Shown here piece after piece: positions 45,701 through 53,991 of a DNA stretch of 64,000 bases. The stretch's first letter is position 1; every line of letters starts with the position of its first letter. The notes under the pieces were generated by a model. The model was not told the DNA's origin, did no database searches, and saw nothing but the letters and a program-made list of their open reading frames with translations. This DNA comes from Candidatus Binatia bacterium (GTDB lineage: Bacteria > Desulfobacterota > Binatia > HRBIN30). The stretch spans positions 232,911-296,910 of the forward strand of contig CALAMI010000015.1 in NCBI GenBank assembly GCA_937925685.1. The letters run 5' to 3'. The translations under genes and the position numbers were made by a program.

Positions 45701-46420
45701 ATGCCTGCCGTGCCGAAGTTTCCACATGCCCGCGTCCTCGTCGTGGGGGTTGGCGGGTTGGGCTGTCCGGCCCTGCAGCTCCTCGCAGCCGCTGGGGTGG
45801 CGCACATCACCTTGCTGGATCCAGATCGAGTCTGTCGATCTAATCTCCACCGCCTGCTGCTGTTCGATGAGAGCGACATCGGCAAACCAAAAGCCGTGGT
45901 TGCGGCTGAAAAATTGTCTGCCCTGTTTCCTCAAACCCGCTTCGTTCCGCTACCGGCAGCTCTGGACGAAATCAATGCCCCGTCGCTGATCCCTGCGCAC
46001 GATTGGGTCATCGATGCCACAGACGGCTGGAACACTAAGCTCTGGCTTCATGACCGGGCGCTTTCTTACGGGCGCCCGGTGGCACACGCTGGCGCTGTCG
46101 GTTGGCAGGGTCAAGCCCTCACCGCGCTACCAAACGTGCCTGGGTGCTTGCGGTGTGCTTGCGGTGTCGCCGAGGACAGCGAGGAGGCATCTTGCCAGCA
46201 GGCGGGTATCATCCCGGGAGTCGTCCAGGTGCTTGGCGCCAGACTTGCCGCTGAGGTGATTTCCTGGCTGACTGGGCGTTTCGAGGCCCTGCTCGTGAGA
46301 AAGCTCCTGTACGTCGACGCGTACCGGATGCAGATGCGGGTGGTCCCGTTTACCGCCGATACGAATTGCCCTGTGTGCAGCCTTGCGACACGCTCATTTC
46401 CCACCGGGCCTACACCCTGA
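45701..46420 (+). CDS. ThiF/MoeB/HesA-family E1-like adenylyltransferase (motifs intact, no rhodanese domain)
   Basis: Motifs: VLVVGVGGLGCP (GxGxxG), DPDRVCRSNLHR, DATD, and two CxxC pairs (CLRC, CPVC) for the structural Zn. Confidence 0.85.
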   Translation: MPAVPKFPHARVLVVGVGGLGCPALQLLAAAGVAHITLLDPDRVCRSNLHRLLLFDESDIGKPKAVVAAEKLSALFPQTRFVPLPAALDEINAPSLIPAHDWVIDATDGWNTKLWLHDRALSYGRPVAHAGAVGWQGQALTALPNVPGCLRCACGVAEDSEEASCQQAGIIPGVVQVLGARLAAEVISWLTGRFEALLVRKLLYVDAYRMQMRVVPFTADTNCPVCSLATRSFPTGPTP

Positions 46421-46738
46421 CCAGCTTCGCCCCGCAGCGAACGGGCAGCCTCCCTTTGCTGCCTACAGAAAAGGCCCGAGCACCGGGGCTGGTCGAATCG
46501 CGGTCGAGCCTCGAAGAGATCGAGCCCCGATCGATGGGACAGGGAAGCAGAGGTGCCCACTTCATCTCCTCTCCTCGAAGAGCATGCAGTCGAGCGCAGG
46601 GCCCAGACGGACACGCGCACAGACAATGTCGGTTCCACTTGAAGGCTAACAAACAGGTCACTAGCGGTGCCTCACAAAAACGCCTTCCCCAATGACCTTC
46701 GTTTCCCTATGTGGGAAGACTACAAGGAGGACGAAGCT

Positions 46739-47020
46739 ATGAGTGTGCGCGTGAGAATCCCCACCCCTTTGCGTCGTTACACAGCGGGACAGGAAGAAGT
46801 TACCGCTTCAGGCACCACGGTGGCGACGATTTTAGAAGACTTGGAACGACGTCACCCGGGTATCAAGGAACGGATTTGCGACGAAGCCGGCAAAGTCCGC
46901 CGGTTCGTGAACATATACATAAATGGCGATGATATCCGTTTCTTAGACAGTCTGGAAACCCCAGTGAAAGACGGTGACGAGATTTCCATCGTTCCCGCCA
47001 TTGCGGGGGGCATAGAGTGA
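46739..47020 (+). CDS. MoaD/ThiS/CysO-type ubiquitin-fold sulfur-carrier protein ending ...AGG-IE
   Basis: Start at ATG 46739 (AAGGAGGA upstream). The 93-aa protein carries RRFVNIYINGDDIRFLDSLETPVKDGDEISIVPAIAGGIE. The Gly-Gly is followed by two extra residues before the stop. Confidence 0.8.
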   Translation: MSVRVRIPTPLRRYTAGQEEVTASGTTVATILEDLERRHPGIKERICDEAGKVRRFVNIYINGDDIRFLDSLETPVKDGDEISIVPAIAGGIE

Positions 47021-48024
47021 GCAAGCCGCCCCAGGCTGTGCGCCCGGGACAAACGTTACGGCCCCGCAAGGTCGAATCCGTACTGGACTTAGTTGGCAAC
47101 ACCCCTCTGATTGAAATCCGCAGAGTACGCGACGGGGTATGCCCGGGTGTGCGAATCTATGCCAAACTCGAAGGGTTGAACCCCGGTGGCTCGGTCAAGG
47201 ACCGACCTGCCGTTTGGATGGTGCGGGACGGTCTGCGGACGGGAAAGCTGCAACCGGGCAAGATCATTATCGACTCGACCTCTGGGAATACAGGCATCGC
47301 CCTTGCCATGACTGGAGCTGTGCTTGGCTATCCCGTCGAACTGGTGATGCCCGCTAACGTCAGCCAAGAGCGCAAGAAAATCGTCGCCGCTTATGGGGCC
47401 AAGATCATCCTCAGCGATCCCCTAGAGGGGTCCGACGGTGCTATCCGCTTGTGCCGTAAAATCCTTGCGGAAAATCCCGAACGCTACTTCAAGCCCGATC
47501 AATACTTCAACGAGGTCAATCCCCTCGCTCACTACCAAAGTACCGGCCCGGAGATCTGGCGCGACACTCGTGGTCAAATTACCCATTTCGTTGCCGGCAT
47601 CGGCACAGGGGGCACCATTATGGGCACGGGACGGTACCTCAAAGAGCAAAACCCAACCATTCAAGTCATCGCCGTCGAACCAGACGATGCCTGGCACGGC
47701 CTAGAGGGACTCAAACACATGGCTAGCTCCATCGTGCCAGGGATCTATCACGAGGAGGAACTCGACCGAAAAATCCCCGTCAGCACCGACGCAGCTTACG
47801 AGATGGTCTACCGCCTAGGTGAGGAAGAGGGATTGGTGATGGGTCAATCTTCAGGGGCTGCTATGGTGGGGGCACTCACCGTAGCCCGCGAACTCCGCGA
47901 AGGGGTCATCGTGGTAATTTTTCCCGATTTCGGCGACCGCTACCTCAGCACTAACTTATGGGTCGGTTGGCGCGAGCGACGCGCCCGCCTCGAACGTCTC
48001 TTGTCGGAGCGAAAAGAGCCGTGA
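47017..48024 (+). CDS. PLP-dependent cysteine synthase family (CysM/CysK-like; candidate thiocarboxylate-dependent sulfhydrylase)
   Basis: Motifs: GNTPLIEI...LEGLNPGGSVKDRPA (PLP Lys)...STSGNTGIALA...GIGTGGTIMG. The GTG start overlaps the carrier stop (GTGA). Confidence 0.85.
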   Translation: MSKPPQAVRPGQTLRPRKVESVLDLVGNTPLIEIRRVRDGVCPGVRIYAKLEGLNPGGSVKDRPAVWMVRDGLRTGKLQPGKIIIDSTSGNTGIALAMTGAVLGYPVELVMPANVSQERKKIVAAYGAKIILSDPLEGSDGAIRLCRKILAENPERYFKPDQYFNEVNPLAHYQSTGPEIWRDTRGQITHFVAGIGTGGTIMGTGRYLKEQNPTIQVIAVEPDDAWHGLEGLKHMASSIVPGIYHEEELDRKIPVSTDAAYEMVYRLGEEEGLVMGQSSGAAMVGALTVARELREGVIVVIFPDFGDRYLSTNLWVGWRERRARLERLLSERKEP

Positions 48025-48683
48025 ACGGCGCCATCGAACTGTCCGCAGAGCAACTCGAGCGGTATTCTCGGCAAATCCTGGTGCCGAACTTCGGCGGTCG
48101 GGGTCAGCAGCTTTTGTTGCGTACCGCAGTGGCCGTGTACGGCGTCGGATTATTGCCGGAGCGGTTAGCGCTTGGGCTGGCACGGAGCGGAACTGGTTAT
48201 GTTAACGTTTCCAAAAGCGTCGCTGAAAGGATTGCCCCGCGGATCGGTCCTGACACGCGTTTGGTCACCGATCCCACGCCCCACGACAGCCTCCTCTCGA
48301 TGCCGCTCTCCATCGACGCTGGCCTCACCGTCAAGGAATGGCATCGCTGCGTGGAGCCTGCAGCACGCGCCCACAACTTTGCGCTATGGTCACGCGCCCT
48401 GGGTTCCGTTGGGCTGGTTGGGGTCACGGTAGCGGACAAGCTACCAACGCTTTGCGCGGGTTGGTTCTTCGACTTTTTGCCCAAAGATCCCTCTCCCTCG
48501 ATGTACGAGAGTTGCGCTATCGAGTGGTCCGCCGCATGGACGAGCGCTTTAGCCCTGCGGCATCTTGCAAACCCTAGCCAGACGGGCGGTACAGTTCTTT
48601 ATCGCTACGAGGCAAAAACCGGCACAATCAGTGCATTTCTCGTCCCGGAGAATTTCCGCTGTGAGCATCGCGACCGTGAGTGA
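48021..48683 (+). CDS. degenerate ThiF/MoeB-like protein (pseudo-E1)
   Basis: GTG 48021 (GTGA overlap with the cysM-like stop). It keeps the N-terminal LSAEQLERYSRQILVP...GQQLL pattern. The nucleotide loop reads VYGVGLLPERL (no GxGxxG). No DxD...SNLxRQ, catalytic Asp or CxxC pairs are visible. Confidence 0.5.
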   Translation: MNGAIELSAEQLERYSRQILVPNFGGRGQQLLLRTAVAVYGVGLLPERLALGLARSGTGYVNVSKSVAERIAPRIGPDTRLVTDPTPHDSLLSMPLSIDAGLTVKEWHRCVEPAARAHNFALWSRALGSVGLVGVTVADKLPTLCAGWFFDFLPKDPSPSMYESCAIEWSAAWTSALALRHLANPSQTGGTVLYRYEAKTGTISAFLVPENFRCEHRDRE

Positions 48684-49938
48684 CCGGGAGAGTTGCCCCG
48701 GCAAAGACACCGAGCGCGGGGCGAGCATCGTCTCCCTCAAGGTTTCGACCCTTGTTCACGGCATTACGCTCGACGAAGCTCTCGAAGAGCGGCTTCGCCG
48801 CGAGGGGCATTGGCTCGCCGTCGGAACGGACCAGCACCGCCTGGAGCTTCGGCTTCCTGGCCGCATCGTCGTCACTCCTTTGGTGGTAAACAGTTGTGGC
48901 CGAGATACGCCTTGGCGGCTGACAGCGACCGATGGTGCGTGGTTTCTCGAGCGCGGTAGCGACCGGCACCGGGTGTGGCTGGAATCGCCTCCGTCCTTTT
49001 ACCGACAACGCACTAGTTCGGGACGGCGGGTTGGAGACTTCGCCCAATTATTTGGACGAACGCTGGTTCTGGGCGGGGCCCAAGCTTGCGGCTACAGCCT
49101 CTCTGGCATCGCTTGTCGCTTTTGCCGGGTCGGCTCCCGTGCCGAAAGCGAGCAAAAGTTCGGTATCACAGCGCACGAGGCCGCCGAAGCGTTGACCATC
49201 GCCAGTCGTGAGCGTTCGCTGGAGCACGTTCTTTTGCCGGCAGCATCGTTCGACGCCGAAGATGGCGGTGTCCGTGAAATCGAACCCCTCGTGAAGGCCG
49301 TTCGGCGGCACACCTCGGCACTCGTTCTTGCAGCGCTTCATCCCCCGCGTACCTTGCGCTGGATCGATCATGCCTACGCGATTGGCGTGGACGGACTTGC
49401 GTTCAATCTGGAAGTGCCTGACGTCGTAACCCTCGAGCGACTCTTACCCGGGCGGGCGCGATACCTCGGCCGTTCGCGTTATTACCAGGCGCTCCGGCAC
49501 GCAGGGAAGATTTTCCCCCGTGGGGCGGTGTGGACAGAACTACTCCTGGGGTCGGCGTCCGCCACCGAGCTGGCAAACTTCATCCAGGAGTTCACCAGCT
49601 GGGGGGTCATCCCCTTGCTGGTACCGGTGCGCCCAGATGCCACTGCTCGTCAGACGCCCTTACCTTTCGCGCCCACCCCAGCAGAAGTGCAACTTTTACT
49701 GGAGACCTTGTCAGATCGTCTCAACTGGACCAGCACCACCCTACCCTGGCTTCCCGAATGGCCACACCTACTGGGGCCCAGCGATGCTCTGCGAGAACCG
49801 CACTCGTACCGCCGCAACGGTTTCAGTCGAATGCTAGCAAATCACCTAGCGCTCTTTGCTGTGCGCAATCTCTCGCGCATTCGGCGTAGCTTACGCGTGA
49901 GAGATCTGGCCGATCATGAACTGGACTCGTCTAGCTAA
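48676..49938 (+). CDS. radical-SAM-like TIM-barrel protein with non-canonical Cys motif (C-x9-C-x2-C); function unknown
   Basis: The ORF has no in-frame ATG near its 5' end. GTG 48676 or 48661 overlaps the upstream stop. LVLGGAQACGYSLSGIACRFCRVG is followed by barrel-like strand/helix periodicity (EDGGVREI..., GVDGLAFNLE, ELLLG). The assignment is tentative. Confidence 0.4.
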   Translation: MSDRESCPGKDTERGASIVSLKVSTLVHGITLDEALEERLRREGHWLAVGTDQHRLELRLPGRIVVTPLVVNSCGRDTPWRLTATDGAWFLERGSDRHRVWLESPPSFYRQRTSSGRRVGDFAQLFGRTLVLGGAQACGYSLSGIACRFCRVGSRAESEQKFGITAHEAAEALTIASRERSLEHVLLPAASFDAEDGGVREIEPLVKAVRRHTSALVLAALHPPRTLRWIDHAYAIGVDGLAFNLEVPDVVTLERLLPGRARYLGRSRYYQALRHAGKIFPRGAVWTELLLGSASATELANFIQEFTSWGVIPLLVPVRPDATARQTPLPFAPTPAEVQLLLETLSDRLNWTSTTLPWLPEWPHLLGPSDALREPHSYRRNGFSRMLANHLALFAVRNLSRIRRSLRVRDLADHELDSSS

Positions 49939-49944
49939 GCCCCC

Positions 49945-51426
49945 ATGAATCCACCGCAATCTTCTCAGTCCACAACGGCTCCTGGTCCACGGTTTGTGGT
50001 CGACACTCGCCCACTTTGGCGTATCTTGCTGCCCCTATTCGGTTACTGGGGGCTCTGCCTGGTGGCAGCCGCGATTTTGTGGTGGAGCGTGAACGCCACC
50101 CCGCCGCAGGGCTTGTCGCCGCAAGGCCAACGCGCGCTCGCGGTGTTCTTTGTGTGTGTCCTCTTCTGGGTTCTGAACGTGCTCCCCCTGATGATCACCA
50201 GCCTACTTGCTATCGTACTCCTGCCACTCACAGGCGTGCTGACTGCCTCGCAGGCGTACGGTCTTTTCGGCAACGAAGCGCTGTTTTTCATCCTTGGCGC
50301 TTTCATCCTGGCGGCTTGCTTGATGCGGTCGGGACTCAGCACCCGCATTGCGCTAGCCATCCTAGATCGCTTTGGACGTACGCCCCGGGGCTTATTGCGA
50401 AGCGTGTTACTCCTTAACGTCGTGATGGCGTTTTTCATGTCCGAGCATGCGGTTGCAGCCATGAACTTTCCCATCATTGCCGAAATGACCAAGGTGCTGC
50501 GTTTACCGGGCCGAAGAAGCCATTATGGCAAGGCTTTGTTTCTTGCCATGGCTTGGGGATCGACCATTGGTGGCATCGCAACGTTGCTCGGCGGTGCGCG
50601 AGCGCCGCTAGCGCTTGGCATCTTGCGGGAAACGACCGGTAAGTCACTCTCCTTTTTCGAATGGAGCGTCGCGATCTTCCCCCTGGTCGTGGCTCTGACC
50701 GCCGTGGCCTATGCCCTGCTCGTTTGGTTTTTCCCCATCGACGTCGAAAACGTGAAGGCTGCTGACGAAGTCCTTCACGAGAAGCGGCTCCGCCTCGGCC
50801 GCATGCGCTATCAGGAGCGTGCCGTGGGACTAGTGATGCTCGGCACACTGGCTGGCTGGATTTTCCTCGGTGAGGAATTCGGCCTCGCCACGGTGGCCAT
50901 GGGCGCGGTGGTTTTATTGTTCTTGCTGCGGCTGGCACGCTGGAGCGAAATCGAAGGCTACGTCAACTGGGGAGTGCTCCTGATGTATGGTGGGGCCATT
51001 TGCCTTGGCTCCGCTCTCAACCGCACTGGGGCGGCAAGTTGGGTGGCACAAGCCACCGTCAGCGAATGGGCGTCGAATGGTTTCGCTGTCATTGTGGCAT
51101 TGTCCACCCTGTCGCTGTTGTTGACCGAGGCCATGAGCAATGCCGCCGTTGTGGCGATGCTTTTACCTATGGCTCTGGGAATTGCAGGGGAGTTTGGAAT
51201 CGATCCCCGCGTGGTCACGCTCGCCGTGGCCGTCCCGGCGGGACTGGCCACCACCCTGCCTATTGGTACACCCGCCAACGCCATCGCTTATTCGAGCGGC
51301 TATCTCGCCTTGCGTGACCTTGTCGTGCCGGGCGCCACCCTAGCGCTTTGCGCATGGATATTGTTTAACCTGATGGCCGTCCTGTATTGGCCTCTCTTGG
51401 GCTTGCCTGTGTGGGGTGGCGGATGA
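49945..51426 (+). CDS. SLC13/DASS-family anion permease (candidate sulfate or dicarboxylate transporter)
   Basis: At least 12 hydrophobic segments are visible. The two SNT/SNA-type hairpin motifs are FFMSEHAVAAM and LTEAMSNAAVVAML...PANAIAY. Confidence 0.75.
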   Translation: MNPPQSSQSTTAPGPRFVVDTRPLWRILLPLFGYWGLCLVAAAILWWSVNATPPQGLSPQGQRALAVFFVCVLFWVLNVLPLMITSLLAIVLLPLTGVLTASQAYGLFGNEALFFILGAFILAACLMRSGLSTRIALAILDRFGRTPRGLLRSVLLLNVVMAFFMSEHAVAAMNFPIIAEMTKVLRLPGRRSHYGKALFLAMAWGSTIGGIATLLGGARAPLALGILRETTGKSLSFFEWSVAIFPLVVALTAVAYALLVWFFPIDVENVKAADEVLHEKRLRLGRMRYQERAVGLVMLGTLAGWIFLGEEFGLATVAMGAVVLLFLLRLARWSEIEGYVNWGVLLMYGGAICLGSALNRTGAASWVAQATVSEWASNGFAVIVALSTLSLLLTEAMSNAAVVAMLLPMALGIAGEFGIDPRVVTLAVAVPAGLATTLPIGTPANAIAYSSGYLALRDLVVPGATLALCAWILFNLMAVLYWPLLGLPVWGGG

Positions 51427-51896
51427 GTCACGTGCTCTTACTGATCTCGCCGCGCTTTGGCTTCACCCGTTCCTTGGCCCGAGCCATGGAACTTGCGCGC
51501 AAGAACCAGGCGTCGCTTGTGGTAGCGGCCGTGATCCCGGATTCCCAGGTGGCTGCGTTGGCGACAACGCTCAGTGATGCAGCCTTTGTCGGTGAGAAAC
51601 TCAGTGCAGATGTCGTAGACCATCTTCGCACCGAGCTCGAGGCGCTTGCGAAGGAGCAGTTAAGAAGCGTGCACGAGCAAGCTTTGGCTGCGGGTGTGCC
51701 CGTGGTCACCCACGTGGTTGCGGCGGAGCCCATGGAAGTGGCCGAACAAATGATAAGCCGCTACGCAGTGAAAACCGTCGTTGTCGCTATACCGGCTCGT
51801 CCTTGGTTTGAAAAACTGTGGAGTCGCAGTGGGACATTGGATTGGACGGAGGAGCTCGGTTGCCCCGTCGAAATGGTGGAAGAAGAAAGGAGTTAA
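51423..51896 (+). CDS. universal-stress-protein-like (adenine-nucleotide alpha-hydrolase fold) protein
   Basis: ATG 51423 (ATGA overlap with the permease stop). The ~157-aa protein has a USP-like layout (VLLLISP...LVVAAVIP...VKTVVVAIP). The ATP-binding G-x2-G-x9-G(S/T) motif is not obvious. Confidence 0.5.
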   Translation: MSHVLLLISPRFGFTRSLARAMELARKNQASLVVAAVIPDSQVAALATTLSDAAFVGEKLSADVVDHLRTELEALAKEQLRSVHEQALAAGVPVVTHVVAAEPMEVAEQMISRYAVKTVVVAIPARPWFEKLWSRSGTLDWTEELGCPVEMVEEERS

Positions 51897-51899
51897 ATC

Positions 51900-53165
51900 G
51901 TGCCCGATCTCGTGCCTGTTCATGGGGGTCTGGATGCCCCGGTCAATCGTACGATTCCCTTATCCCGGCGTAAACAGTTTTTCCGTGAAGCCGCAGAGTT
52001 GCCCAAGGTGGAAGTCAGTCGGGCCGATCTATCGACCGTGTACCGTATCGCCGACGGTACGTTGTCGCCCTTAAGTGGGCCGATGGATGAAGACACCTGG
52101 CATTACGTCTTGGACCACGATGCCCTCGATTTCGGCTTTCGCCACTATGCGTGGACGGCGCCGATTTCCTTTCCCGTCGCCGACGACGAAGTAAAACGCT
52201 TGCAAGTTGGCCGCTCGGCCGCGCTGGTCTACGAGGGAACCCCAATAGCGATCGTGCGTGTGACGAGCGTGTTCGAGTGGGACAAGCCCAAGCACATCGA
52301 AAGATTCTATGGAACTCGTCGCACCGATCATCCCGGCGCCAGGATGATTCTCGAAGACCCGCGGACGAAATTGTTCGGGGGCGAACTTTGGGCTCTACCG
52401 CAAGAGATCGATCCCGAATACGGGGAGTACCTCTTGTCGCCTCGACAAGTTCGGACTCTGATTGCCGAGCGCAAGTGGGAACGCGCGCTCGCCTTCCAGA
52501 CTCGCAACCCCCTCCATCGAGCGCACGAATACGCTCTAGTGGCCGGTGTCGAACGACTCACCCGCGAAGGATACTTTACCGGGGTGGTTCTCAACCCGCT
52601 CGTCGGGGAGCTCAAAGAAGACGACGTGCCTGCGCGCGTGCGTATGCGGTGTTACCGTACCCTGCACGACCTCAAGTTGCTCGGTAAGGGCGACAAGGAC
52701 GAACAGCTTTGGCAAGAGCGCGGCTACGATTTAACGGAAGTGTTCGAACTCGTCGCCCTGGACATGAAGATGTTGTACGGCGGCCCCAAAGAGGCGGTCA
52801 TGCATGCCATCTATCGGCAAAACCTGGGTTTCACCGATATCATCATTGGGCGTAAGCACGCTGACGCTCCGTACGATGACGGCACTCCTATCTGGGGAGA
52901 CTTCGATGCTCAAGAAATTTTTCACCACCTCCGCGGCGAGCTGCGGATTCGACCCTGCAACGTGGGCTTCGCCGCGTACTTTGAAAGTGTCGGCCGCGTC
53001 GATCTGCTGGATCACCATCCGGGGGAGAAACCAGTTTCCATTTCCGGTTCGAGAATCCGCGAAATGCTGACGAAGGGCGAACGGCCGGACGAGCGCATCC
53101 TACGACCAGAAATTGCCGATGTCCTTATTGCTTACTATCGGGAGCGACAAACCACCGGCCGCTAA
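51900..53165 (+). CDS. sat: sulfate adenylyltransferase (ATP sulfurylase)
   Basis: FQTRNPLHRAHEYAL is the HxxH-type motif. The N-terminus is PUA-like. The GRD(H)AG motif reads IIGRKHAD here. Confidence 0.85.
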   Translation: MPDLVPVHGGLDAPVNRTIPLSRRKQFFREAAELPKVEVSRADLSTVYRIADGTLSPLSGPMDEDTWHYVLDHDALDFGFRHYAWTAPISFPVADDEVKRLQVGRSAALVYEGTPIAIVRVTSVFEWDKPKHIERFYGTRRTDHPGARMILEDPRTKLFGGELWALPQEIDPEYGEYLLSPRQVRTLIAERKWERALAFQTRNPLHRAHEYALVAGVERLTREGYFTGVVLNPLVGELKEDDVPARVRMRCYRTLHDLKLLGKGDKDEQLWQERGYDLTEVFELVALDMKMLYGGPKEAVMHAIYRQNLGFTDIIIGRKHADAPYDDGTPIWGDFDAQEIFHHLRGELRIRPCNVGFAAYFESVGRVDLLDHHPGEKPVSISGSRIREMLTKGERPDERILRPEIADVLIAYYRERQTTGR

Positions 53166-53176
53166 TCCGTCGCAGT

Positions 53177-53452
53177 TCACGGGGTAGGGGGCAGGTTCAA
53201 CTCGACGCTGATTCCGAAGAACTCGGTCAACAGGCGGTACAACAACACCAGCGCAACCAGCAGGGTTGCGAGCGCGGCGACCGCCACACCGCTAAGCAAA
53301 GCTAGTGACAGCACGGAGCCTACGGCCACCAAGGGTGTGATCCAGATCGAGACCTCCCCCACAGGCCCCCAAATGGCCCACAGCCGGCGTGCAGTGAACC
53401 ACGCATCGCGGCCAGCAGCGAACAGCCGAAGCAAGCCCTCTAGGTCAGTCAT
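53177..53452 (-). CDS. small two-TM membrane protein, hypothetical
   Basis: The 91-aa ORF has two clear hydrophobic helices. It is the last gene of the ECF sigma operon direction. Confidence 0.4.
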   Translation of the reverse strand: MTDLEGLLRLFAAGRDAWFTARRLWAIWGPVGEVSIWITPLVAVGSVLSLALLSGVAVAALATLLVALVLLYRLLTEFFGISVELNLPPTP

Positions 53453-53499
53453 CGCTCGATTCCCTCTCCGGGGCTTCCTTCATGTCCTGGACGAGTCTT

Positions 53500-53991
53500 T
53501 TAGTCAATCGTGTCGGCCCCGATGGATAAGATAAGGACTCCGTCAGGGTGACGTGGCCCACCAACCAAGAGCGTTCCGTGGTTTCGTAACGCAAGCGAGG
53601 TATCCACGATGGGCCGTGCCCCTTCGAGCACGAGCACTTTCATCGCGATCCGCCCATTACGGAATTCACGCGGAATCACGAGCACGTACCGCCCGCCAGG
53701 GATGTCGAAACTTGCCTTTGCACCCCAAGCCACTCTCTGGCGCTCCTCTTTCACCAGTTGGTACGACGTGTACGGAAACAGGTGGTTGAACTGCTGCCGC
53801 AAGGCGACTAGCCGCGGGTCAAAAGTCCGCCCAGAATTGCTGGCAACAACCGCACCAATGCGCACCTCGACCGCTGGCACGGAGTGAAGTACGGTCTGGG
53901 CTGGGCTACGCACGTCCATCTGCGCAGCGGCTCGCTCAACACCCGCCAGACAGCAAACGGTACTGGCCAACACGAAGGATAGCGGTCTCAC
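53500..53991 (-). CDS. secreted protein of unknown function (ECF-sigma operon member)
   Basis: Start reset to GTG 53991 (GTGA overlap with the anti-sigma stop; GGAGGA upstream). The signal peptide is RPLSFVLASTVCCLAGVERAAA. The upstream 150 aa of track ORF 53500..54435 overlap the anti-sigma gene out of frame. Confidence 0.5.
   Translation of the reverse strand: MRPLSFVLASTVCCLAGVERAAAQMDVRSPAQTVLHSVPAVEVRIGAVVASNSGRTFDPRLVALRQQFNHLFPYTSYQLVKEERQRVAWGAKASFDIPGGRYVLVIPREFRNGRIAMKVLVLEGARPIVDTSLALRNHGTLLVGGPRHPDGVLILSIGADTID

Noticed and set aside
51900-53165. Sat active-site variant IIGRKHAD (versus the usual GRD-H-AG) as evidence for a non-sulfurylase function
   Set aside because: The RNPLHRAHE motif, the length and the overall collinearity are those of ATP sulfurylase. 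I cannot judge from memory how common the variant is, so it is noted only in the feature evidence.
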